Positions 53,301 to 64,000 of a DNA stretch of 64,000 nt are shown here, piece by piece. Each line of letters starts with the position of its first letter. Position 1 is the stretch's first letter. The position numbers and the translations under genes were made by a program. The notes below the pieces were generated by a model. The model was given only the letters and a program-made list of their open reading frames with translations. It ran no database searches and was not told the origin of the DNA. This stretch comes from Paragordius varius (lineage: Eukaryota > Animalia > Nematomorpha): NCBI GenBank assembly GCA_964247055.1, contig OZ176053.1:7750001-7814000 (forward strand), in the 5' to 3' direction.

Positions 53301-56300
53301 GTTATTTTCTCCAAAATACAAATGGTACTCCTCATAAAACTGACTTAAATATATCTATATCCCAACTAAATAATCCTTTGGTTCAAAGCAATACACTCCT
53401 GGCTTGTAGAGATTTGATTGAGCAATTAACACATTTAGCCATGTTTTATGATCTGACATCAAATACTAACGCTGAAATATGTGCGTTCATTAAATATGTA
53501 ACGCAACTCGAATTGAGTACAAAGTATTGGCTTTGTCAGGTTAACTTTTTTAAAATTACATTTTTTTTCATAATTATTTTTAATTAAATTTATTTTTTAT
53601 CCCACGTATAGATTAATCATACAAAACTTTTATTGTGTATGAATGTTACTTTTGCCAACAAATTTGTCTACCAAACTAAAATGGATCAATTGTGTTATTA
53701 TATTAATTTTCCGGAAGGCAAAGTACATTCTAAATTATGAGTGTTAACTTTAATGTAAACCAAACATAGTTTTTTATGATCGGTATATTTAAACTCTAAT
53801 TGTTATTTAATTTATTTGTTCAGTTATAATATATTAAATCAATCGGCTGAACCATTTATTTGGTAGTATTTAACACCAAACTACACACATCTATTGTTTG
53901 AAACCACATTATCATGCTTAATTTTTGATAAATTTTTATTAATTTTTATTGATTTTATATGATATGCCTCATTTTTTTAAATTAATGTTTTTGATCATAT
54001 CAACATGATATATAATAAATTACTTTAATTTAGCGAAAAAAAATATTTTGTTTTTATCTTAATATAGAATTTGGCTATGTTTTGGATACATATGTTAATT
54101 GGAAAACTTAAATATGATGATTTTCGGATACGATCAGTTGCTACACACACCCTTGTAGAGTAATATAAACCCAAATTTATTTCTTTAACTTTTTTGTCAT
54201 TTTTGTTTATTAAAATTAGTTTTATTGCCAAATCAATGCAAATATCAACGGCGGATAATATTCAAACTAATTGGATAAATATCATTCATTGCTTATGTTG
54301 TACCATCTCCAATTGCCAAAGTATATATTTTTTTAAAAAAAATCAAATGTCTTACAACAAGGTACTTTTATACTTTATTTAAAATATAGTCAAATTTATC
54401 GAGTAAATAATAAAGAGAATTTGTAATATAAACGATATGGAGATCGTTATAAAATAAGATAAAAATAAATAAAATAATTGATAACCGTTAAATGGACAAA
54501 AAATGACAAATAAACCAGTTATTTTAGACACAAATGGACATTTATTGCATTAATTATAATAACCTTTTTAAATAAACAATCATAATTAAAAAAATAAAGT
54601 GAAAACTAAGCTATATAATAATTAGGTTTTAATGAATAATTTTATTTGCAAGTTATGTCCTTCTTTTTTTAACGTCGATTGAGCCCGCATTCCTTTGTTA
54701 ATGTAGGTGTATTTTCTTTCCATGGCTAAAATATCTGTAGTATTTGTTGTTTTCCATATGTAGAGACATAGTCGTTTTGCTTTTTCGATGTTCTTTAAAT
54801 AGCGAAATATTTCGTTTTACTGACCATATACGATTCTGAGCAATTCTCACTTTTTAATTATATACTGTATTTACCATTTTTATATCTTTAGATTTTATGT
54901 ACAAATGCAGTAGGTTTATATAACACTTTGTCATTTTTTATATAAAATTGAACATTATTACGCGTATTTCCTGTTTAAGAATGCATTTTAAGAAGCAACA
55001 TGACTTCTTTGTCGAAACATCCCATTATCTACTACCATCCTATCAATCCAATTTAGTTTTACTCTATTTTACGAAGATCTCAACATCGTTAAAATAAATT
55101 ATATTTGCATGTTAATAAGATATAGTGTCTAAAATTTTAAAATTTATGGTTATTTTTAATTATTTCTTTATTTTTATAAATATTGCATTTTATGATTATA
55201 AAAAGGTATTCCCACTAAATCCGATATATTGCGTTACATTATAACTATATTGAACACACAAATGCTTGAGTCGCGTCCAAAATTAAAGGTATTTTTTTAT
55301 AGTTAATTTTTTGTGTATTGTTTAAATTTAATTTTATCTATGATTATATTTTTTTATAAACCTAGTGCGGATTCATTGAGTGTTTAGCTATGCTTTGTAA
55401 AAAGTTTTTACCAATTAGTTATCCGCAACCATGGAACATTATAACTATTGATGTTAATAACTCTTTTGCCTCTGGTCCTCAAAATATACCGCATTCTACT
55501 TTTTTTAAGTACTTATCTATATATTGACATTTTTAATTTTTACCATATATTTATTTTATTCAATTTATAATTTTAACAATAATTTTTTTTATTAAGAACA
55601 GTTTACCCCTTATTTCTTTCTGCATGTCTTAGTAAATGGAAAAAATATAGATTTAATCAGTATGACCCTTAATATTTTTTACAGCGACAATAACATAATT
55701 GATAAAATTTGCGAATTAAATTTGTTGCAGGCTAATCATTCAAAAATCTAACCAAATATATACTGATTTGTTTGTTTAATTTTTTTAGGAAAACATGCGA
55801 CGACTCTTACTTAACCTTATTATCAGTCCTCTTTACCCATGAAGAATTAATGTGCAACATAACACTTCATCAACACATAATTTTCTTGGTGACACAAATT
55901 ACAACAGGTGTTAATACTATTTTCAATAAATCATTATTCTTTAATATATCCTAATTATAATTTATATCTAGCCTATTTGTATCACAATTCAAGATGGATA
56001 ACATTTTCGTGTCGAGACCCATTCTCCTTACATTGGCCAGCCGTCTTGGATCGAACAATGATTAAAACTTTAGATACAGCTTTAACCCATATTTTTCGGT
56101 AACTATATTATGATCCATAACTTATCTAATATATTTAGACAAAACATGGTTAATTACAATAATAATTAGAATTAAACACGGAACATAGATCTTGAAAAAC
56201 TAATATTTTTCATAAGAAACAAAATTTTGTACCCTGATTATTTTGTCATTCCTATCGTTTTGGAAGAATAAGTTATAGAGATGAAAATTGGTAACGCATT

Positions 56301-59300
56301 CAGTTTTATATTTTACGGTTCTAATCATAGATGTTCATATAGATTAATCAAAAATCAAAAATATGGTTTATTCAAAAGTCTTCATCAGTTTTAAAAATTT
56401 TTTATCCATATAATTTTTTTATTATTACAAACATAGGCTTTTAACCATTTGTGGCGATATTTTCGCTTGCATAAATCCGCTCTCAGGGTCGAGTGGTAGT
56501 TTTTTGCGAAAGCATCAACAACGGTCCATCCTTTATCACGGGCCCGGTCAAAGAAAAAGTGATACAATAATCCCTATTACCCAAGAAAATACCACCATCT
56601 CAGATAGTACCTATTTTATTCTATTGTTAATTGTTTATTTCGATTAATATGACACTTTTTTGTAACAATCTAATTCCCTGATTATTTAAAACTAAATTGT
56701 AAAGACCAAACGTATTTGTAACATATTGAAGGTATATGGATGTAAATTGGTAACACACACAATTATATATGGCTCTTAAGGTTACATAAAAAAAATATTA
56801 TTTTCTTTATAAAAACATTTGTCTTTTAGTTTTTTGGGTTTTGTCTTTACAGTATTAATATTTATGTCATTGCAACAGGTTGTTTTTTTGTAATATTGTT
56901 TGATTTTAATGGCGAAAAATTTGTTATGTCAAATAGAATTTATAATCATATTAATATAATTAGAATCCGGGAGTCCTGAAACTTCCACGTTTTCTAAGCT
57001 GGCCTCAACTTTAAAAATAAAAAAAGAAGTATACTTTAAATATCTGTTTTTTGGTTTGTTTTTTTAATATGAAATATTTTAATTTTAGCAACTCCCTACA
57101 GATAAGCAACCATCTCCCACACAAAATATTAATGGTAATAAGATTTTTGCTTTAATAAATTAAAATTTTATATAGTTTATTTACACATTTTTATGAATTA
57201 GCAACGAATTCACGCGAAGACAAATATCATCAAATGTTTTTGGATTTTTCCAATTATCACAATGTGACACTCTATCAAAAAATTTATGCTGTTTTGGCTC
57301 GATCTTATCAAAATTATTTGGTAAGTACAGTGTATTTGTAAACTTAATATATTTATCTTATGCTTAGCCTCTATATTTTTCCAATCTTTAATTAATGTCT
57401 TGTCTTTTAAGTTTATAATTGTTTAAAAATAAATCCATTTAAAAACTTAATAGTTTATGGTTACCCTCATCATGAGCCAAAAATATAATTTATTTAAATA
57501 TGGGTCACGATGCAGTTCATCATTAGCCATGTATTTTCCCAACGATTATAGCAGGGGTTTTCACCACGCTTTTTGCGGCACGCAAAAGTATTATAAAAAT
57601 GTTAAAAAAATAAAAAATGGATATCTATCAAAAATTACGATTATTTAGAAAGTATATTATCTAAATTGAGCTCAAGAAAATATATAAAATAAAATTTATC
57701 AAAGCAGCCCGTGGAACATATGTGTTGAACACCCCTTAGAGTATTATTGGAGGGGGGGGGGGGCTTTTTCTTTTATAGAAGGTACTTTTTGTCACCCGTT
57801 ATGTTTTTGTTTTGTTATCATAGACAACAACAAAAGATGCAGATAAAACGAAATTTTACATGTTTTGTGATAGTCTACTGGCCGCGATTTCACAAATGGT
57901 CGAATTGATGTCTTTTTATGAAGTAGCTCCAATCATCGATACAATCCTTTATTCATTAAATGCCATGTATTTGACATTTACTCCATCAGTAATTAAACTA
58001 CTCATACAGGTAAATTTTGTGTTTTGATAATAATTCGATATTGTACAACAAATAATATTAGAAAATTATACCAAGAAACAAAAGTAAAAGACATTTATGT
58101 CCCAAAGAATAACTATAATCCTGTACTTTAAATATAACTATTGTTTTGGGCACAACAGGGAGAAATGTTAATTCGTAAAGCTCTCCATTTTATGTTTCCC
58201 AAGGTTATATAGGAAAAAAATCAATGTTTCAAATCATAACATGTCCTTACTTGTTTTGTCTTTTATAATTATTTTAATTTTTACTGAATTTTATGCCCAA
58301 CACATTGCTTATGAGAATATAAATAATGATTTAGCTTATGAAATCCCTGTTTGGTACAAATTTACTTTATTTGGATTCGGATTTAAGGGAAGATTGCGAC
58401 AATAAGATGATATCATCTCTTAAAAATCTAACACCGTATGAAACACAAGATCCTAAAAACTTTTTTAAGTAACTGTTAAGATATCATATTTTAACATTTT
58501 ACATACTTTCTTGCTAATACATATGTAATTGCAATGGTTATTTTAGACTTTTATCACAAATTTTTACGATATATACTAGATATTATTTGGGTTGGAAAAT
58601 AAATTTTGATGGTAAATCGCCTACACATTTACGGACTGCCAAAAATTTTTCACATTTCAATAATAATAAAATTCCTCCCCCAAACAATGAACAAATTGAT
58701 GAAAATGATAAAGATATAATGTCGAATCATGAAATACTTACCAACATTAGCGTTTACATACGAAAATTCGAACATTTAGTTATTCGATCACTTAAAATGT
58801 ATACTATAACTAATTCAACAGGTATGATTAGTGTGAATAAGGCACATCTCTTCAATTTTAAATTTGTAATATATATATTTTTATTTTGTTTAGAACTGCA
58901 AATAACCATTCTGGATATGTTAATACAACTTCTCATTCTACGTGTAAATTATCGGCTCCTAGATAGTGAACAAATCTTCCTCAATTATTTAATCAAACAA
59001 ATTGAATCTTTTGAACTGGGATATGTCAAGTAATAAATTTATCAAAATTTTTAAAGATATTATTATCTTCTAAATTAAAGTTTTTTTTTATAATCAAGTT
59101 TTAAATTAATATTTTTCTTATTTGCAAAAACTTTGGTAAAGTACAAATCCTCTATTGATATACAATCTTTTTCAATTCCTTTCACTTCTTTCACGCGATT
59201 CCACATTGATAACGAAATCTCGATTAATAAGTTTGGCCGAATTGGTGATTGCTTCTGATTATGGGACACCTCATATTGGTATTTTTCGATTATATTTGCC

Positions 59301-62300
59301 CATTTTTATAACACTAAACTTTAATCTGATTATTTAACTTATGAATCCATTAATGACCGTTATTGGGATAATCATAGAAATAACTAGTCAACTAAAGTAA
59401 ACTGAATCATAATTTAATGATAAAAAATACCATTAATAAGTTTGATCATTTTTTATTTGGATTGTTTAATTCTATATATGTATGATACATTTGTATAATG
59501 ATTACTGCTTATTTATTGTATTGCTAACGGTTATTATTGCTTTGTATCGGTCAAAACCGAATCACATTATATATAAATTTAGGCTTTATTAAAAAAGATT
59601 TACTTAGTATATTGTTATTTTATTAAATTTGTTGTATATAGCTAGAGGTGTATACCTAGTTTTGATCCAAGATATATTTCTTTTTGATGCATATTGCTCC
59701 TGGACATATAAGTCCAAATTTATCAGTCCTGTAAATGAAGAAAATCAAACTATGAGAGATGTTATTATTGCTACGCTTGTTAAGTATGCCGAACAACCTC
59801 AAGTATATATATCCCTAGTATTCACTCAAACATAGCAGAGAATTAAATTTAAAAATGTTATAAATTAAAAGAATTTTCGTAAAGACAGCTAAGCTATACT
59901 TTAAACTTTGATATTTTTGATATAAATATGATTACAATTGTATAATATATAGTTGATTGCGTTATTATTTTTCATTCCTATTTCATATTTTGAATCCTAT
60001 AGATTATATTATATAAAATTAGGGCTCAAAAATATGGATATCTTTAAAAAAAATAATCTCTTAGTTTTTACTTAATCATTATCATTTTATTTTTTATTGT
60101 TATATTTATATACATATATAGATATTGGAGTTATTGATAATCATTGCGCAATCCCTTAAATACGAAAATGAAATATTTTACCTCAAATATGTGAAACAAA
60201 CCTTAATACCATTATTGAAAGGACGAATTGGAAATATAAGGAGTTTTACGCAACCCGAATTAACATATCAATTGTTTGAGAGCGTAGAATCGGAATTGAA
60301 TACCGAACAGATTTTTAGTATAATCCAACCTTTTTGTCAAAAAATACTACCGGATTATGTCAACTCAATGGTAATTTATAGATGATAAATTTTTAACATG
60401 ATTAAATAAACTGCTATTCCTTTTAAAAATTTATATTTTATTTTTATTATAGCAAAGCTATCGAAATTCTTTGATACTTCAAACCTCTTTTTTAAAATTA
60501 TTGAATGCGCACTATAATATTAAACCTGGAAACGATGCAATCGATACTTGGAATAATCCCAAAGTCAAAGATGAATATTTACAGTATTATGTATATCTGA
60601 ATTATTAGATCTTTATGGAGCCTAATTTATTTTGGGGCAAAAATTGCATGTGAGAAACAAAAAAATAAATCAAACATTTTCCCAAATTCATTGCATAATA
60701 CGATGTATAAATCGTTATATGATTTTTTCAAAGAATGTATTATTTATTTCAATAGTAACATTATATAATTTATACGTTTAGAAAATTCTGTATATACCGA
60801 TAATGTGGCGGTAAGGGATAAAATATCCACAGAAATTAGAAATGATTTAAAATCTCTTAATGAACAAATATTTGGCGAATATAGATGGATAATATATACA
60901 GATTCATTGCTCTGGTTAACATATATGGAGTTGATGCATAAATTTGAATTGTTGGACGTTAGGTAATATGATATTATATTTTTATTAAATTAAATTTTCG
61001 CATCTTAAATTCTTATTTTTTGCACCTCATATAGATTACTGATTACTTTTATGGAATCCACACAGCCTGTTATTCAATTCAATCAAAATACGGAAAATAT
61101 TTATACTACAATTCTTAAAATGTTGTTAAATTGTTTGGTAATAATATTTATAATAATTAATATTAAGATTTTAGGATATAACCAACAAGATTTGGAAAGA
61201 TGTCCAAATATATGTGATACAAATCATAATCTATCTTTTGATACAAATGATATAAGCAACACACTAAAACAATTAAATATTAATAACAATATCCAAGCTA
61301 CCCCGCTTTATATCCTAAAAAATATTGGGGTTTGGGCTCATTTAATCATTCCCTTGTTCCATTGTGACCAAATTAAAGATTATGTTTTGAAAGCATTTAC
61401 TTATATAATATTACCTATCGAAAATAATGATGCCGATTTGATTAATAATTGTACTCAGAGTGCCAAAAATAAACCTTTAAAATTGTTGGCTATATCAGCG
61501 TGGCTTGAATACATTAATAACGACGTCTTACCTAAAATCCTTGTAGGATACGAAATTTCACAGGTTTTTAAGCGCACGATTAAATAAAATAATATAATTT
61601 ATGACCTTAAAAAAATTAATAATATATTTATATAGTATTTCAATGGGAACAACTCAACTACACAATCACAAATTACTCCACTGTATAACACATATGTCAT
61701 TTTAAATGCAATTTTAACCTGGAAAGATTTTGCAAAAAGTAGGGATCTCGAGCAGCGTAATACTGTATATGAACAGAGTTATCATAATTTTTATGTCCTA
61801 AAAATATTTATTACTCAAATGTTTTGGGATATTTCGTCCCAACCTTATACAAGGCGTTTGGTGCGAGAAAGCGTTTTTCAATCCTTAAAACAAGCTAATC
61901 AATATATGACAACATTTAAGGATTTAAAATGTGACATCAAGAAGGCCTGTTTGAAACATTTTACGCTATCTGATTTGATTTTATTTTACAAGAAATGTGC
62001 TCTTTCAACAGTTTTTACTAGGTATGTGTGCCAAAATTGGATTACATTATCTATTTTTGATTAATTTATACATTTACTTTAACCATTTTTTCTCATAATA
62101 CTTTTATTAGGGAGTGTTGGTATGAATTTGTTAATCAACTAACAATATTTTTAATTTGTTTTTAAATGCTATCAAATGATTTTAGTTTATTTGTGAAAAC
62201 AGTTTATTTTTTATTATAATCTATTTTTAAATTTGGGAAAATTTTTATAAATATAATCCAAAATACTATAATTGGGATTTTTATCACCATGTATGTATTA

Positions 62301-62301
62301 C

Positions 62302-62349
<48 letters not shown>

Positions 62350-64000
62350 ATCATTGCTAGCCTATTCATACAATTTTAATTTATTGATATTCATTTATTT
62401 ATTCTACGTCTATATTGGAATAATCGATATTATTAGAAGTATAATGGGGATTGATTCCTTAAGAGATTTTATAACTCATTTGGCTGACAAAGAGGAAAAT
62501 ATTTTTACAATCAACAATCATCCGACTATTGCAGATCAAGTTGGCAACGATACGGTATTTTATTAATTAGCAAAAAAAACGTTAAAATAAACTTTTTAAG
62601 GGGGAATGGTAAACTTTTTTCTAACGCATTATTAACTGATAACCTACATTGAAAATGCTATATTAATAAAAATTGCTTGGGTAAATTTTTTAACTATTTT
62701 ATACATGTTGAGTTAGATAATTGACCTTTTTGCTAAAGTCCTTGCACAAATACGTAAAAATTAACATATGTAAGACATTGAAATCAGATTCTTTTACTGA
62801 CAGCGTAATTATTTTTTTAAAGCTGGAACCAAAAAACGGTACTGGAACATTGATTTAAACGGTTAAATAAAATCATTTTTATTTTTCTAATTTAACCCAT
62901 GTTAGCTTTTCAATCGTTTTTTATGAATTAAAATAATTTTTTATTTCAGATAAAAGTAGAGCTCTATAAAACTTGGAGCTAAATATTTATTTGTATGATG
63001 GATATATAATAAAATATTTGATTTAAAAATAAACGTAACAAATTAAATAATCAATCAAATTTTTTTTGAAATTGAAAATTTTGTCCGCAGCCTTTTATAA
63101 AAATGCGGAACCATAAACAGATGTTTATAACTAAAACCCGAAAATGTTTTGGTTTTAATCCCTTATATTTTTCTATTTGAGAAATGATTCATCGAAAAAT
63201 TAATTTATAATACCTGCATTACCATCATTTAATCATAGTTTGATTTTAAATTGTGTATATCAAAAACAATTAACTATAATTGAATATATTTTTTTACTTT
63301 TAGCATGGATTCCTTATATATCTTCGAGACGTTTTACAAAATGCTAAAAAGCTGAAAATAACTGAAGCGAAATATCCATGTTGGCTAGGATCCACTCTAC
63401 TTAATTTATCATGCGATGATCTGGCACATCTATTAAAAATAACTGTAATTCAAATAATTTACTCATTTTTTTGCGTAAAGTATAAGAATAATAATTATAT
63501 ATATATATATATATATATATAAACCATTTATTATTGGTCCTATGAAATATTATATATTGGTAAAAACATGTGTGATATTTTTGCAGCAAAATGTTTGTTA
63601 TAACGAAATATTACCTATGGAAAAAAAGTTGTTGATTAAAACCTTAACTAAAACAAAATTTTAGATAAATTGTGTTAAAAAACTTTGTTAACCGTAATAT
63701 TTATATCTGACACAATCCTATTATTTTATACAATGTATATTTATGTTATATCATATCAAGGATATTACAATGTCTCAAATGATGTTAGTTTACCGTTGTT
63801 TCCGTAAAAAACTCTACTTTACCATATTGCGAAATAGAATAAACCCGTTTGAAAATGTCGCAAAATTAGGTTGTATTTGAATCTTTATTTTAAACATTGA
63901 ATGAGTGAAAATAAAATGTGGCTTCTTAAAGGCCTAATATTTCATAATAAATCGGTTTTTTATCCATAATTATATCCTTAAGCTATATCATTTTTTTATT
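38364..64000 (+). CDS. HTT: Huntingtin (multi-exon, 3' end beyond the window)
   Basis: N17-like MPSLEKLLKTLDLLK; YLDENNVDIRLKVEDYL; EIFREIKHNGSLKTL; RAYIFHVLP...EEALYES...GPFTTQNEIQV; IRKFEHLVIRSLKMYT; QLLILRVNYRLLDSEQIFLNYLIKQIE. All are recognisable huntingtin HEAT segments in the expected order. Not every exon was resolved. Confidence 0.92.
39723..41175 (-). mobile_element. Non-autonomous Helitron, second copy (huntingtin intron)
   Basis: 5' A|TCTATTTATTTATAAAAATGG at 41175; 3' ...ATTTACGCTAG|T at 39723. Its 5' ~400 bp is clearly homologous to 13210-13580, and it has more internal ~310-330 bp units. The 3' GC hairpin is missing. Confidence 0.8.
43799..46487 (-). mobile_element. RLE-type non-LTR retrotransposon (NeSL/Utopia/R2-like), 5'-truncated
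   Basis: Much higher GC than the flanks. ~118-nt 3' UTR ending ...CTAAAATAAATAA. Candidate 8-bp TSD ATTGGTAT at 43791-43798 and 46488-46495. Confidence 0.85.
43917..46400 (-). CDS. Reverse transcriptase + CCHC zinc knuckle + restriction-like endonuclease (827 aa ORF)
   Basis: SPGNDG, NWRPIAL, QKGF, WLDISAAFDSVPH, GIKQGCPLSG, AYADD; CRRC..EST.HILGFC, RHD, RPDL, IIDPTV, KIEKY, PIVVGALGSW. No stops over 2.48 kb. The ORF starts at TTG just after a stop; the first in-frame ATG is ~aa 64. Confidence 0.92.
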   Translation of the reverse strand: MLWRLIVEGPPKYCNIDSETIENYYINKIGNTPPLVLEPVTFEGEELFELEPFSHCEIKKKLYKMNNSSPGNDGITYNTWKRLDPHCLLLEKIFNTCIKFGKIPSHWKTTKSILIPKKNSDLSIIKNWRPIALCNTIYKIFTALLSDRINNYAKLNNIFDPAQKGFMPYDGCLEHNFTISSRIRHSKTHKTPLFITWLDISAAFDSVPHKCISDCLQKIGLSSSFTNLISDIYKNAATSFMTGNGHTKLINFNSGIKQGCPLSGTLFNLVINDTLKFLRLDGHDALAYADDICLISIEHHNHQRAINSVQQSLSKIGLLLNPQKCNSLISHSDQTPFIIDSLPINIINEADTINFLGNPVGLHFYKQIPNCELVDKIQQSSLNPAQKLDAIKTFFYPTLTHMLRHNQLNYNISNTIDYKICKAVKQILAIPKSAANSYLFGSRSKGALGLPLTKDDMNIFRIDSAFKLLTSNDEVVRNTAVHELSKTAGKRFKLNSPSHSELASFLSGDNPPDSINRNNGFDNVWTKARMASRSLKVSWSLDPTPSVAFNNITIDIKNRHNVVSLLRKWKRDHIDRDLEHTASQGKVMQCVAQHKASHFFLYNFRNLRYRDWKFIHKARLNLLPTKSQRFANSYDRNCRRCNEPNESTGHILGFCANSSRLINLRHDNIVRHIKENLPSNARLIAENQALDSSRLRPDLVVAVGNKCIIIDPTVTYENGPNALDEAHNIKIEKYRHLTVSLSGQFDEVYIIPIVVGALGSWHYKNERLFENINMKNKSEMRKDIVIDTIKFSSDIFFEFTSGRNYIPSLSETPTSNFIRSNSEPETQ
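49783..50075. mobile_element. hAT-type MITE in a huntingtin intron
   Basis: CAGGGGTG...CACCCCTG termini with 8-bp flanks GTATAAAC / GTAAAAAC (7/8 match, hAT-size TSD). Confidence 0.8.
62305..62347. repeat. (AT)n microsatellite in a huntingtin intron
   Basis: Directly visible. Confidence 0.9.

Overview
Very AT-rich animal (metazoan) genomic DNA with spliced genes. The species cannot be determined from sequence alone. Host genes reconstructed by hand: DAP3/MRPS29 (+), a p24/TMED9-type gene (+), Msx (-), a small BTB-only gene (+), a Drosha lacking its usual N-terminus (-), and huntingtin (+, runs off the right edge). Many introns are only 21-25 nt, while others are kb-sized and full of transposons. 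Drosha and huntingtin are head-to-head with about 40 bp between their ATGs. Mobile DNA includes an IS630/Tc1-type transposase relic with a related long-TIR MITE, mariner, hAT and piggyBac-like MITEs, two Helitrons, RTE fragments and an inverted Penelope pair. The most striking structure lies in one ~10 kb huntingtin intron. There, an RTE LINE relic is split by a TA-flanked foldback element with ~1.8/2.0 kb inverted arms. At the apex of that element sits a stop-free 827-aa RT + restriction-like endonuclease ORF (NeSL/Utopia/R2-like). Two kinds of hammerhead-ribozyme-like motif were also found: a Penelope-associated U3-A8 core variant (3 copies) and one embedded in a long hairpin. No CRISPR array, rRNA or clear tRNA was seen. 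Exon boundaries and alignments were done by eye, not computed.
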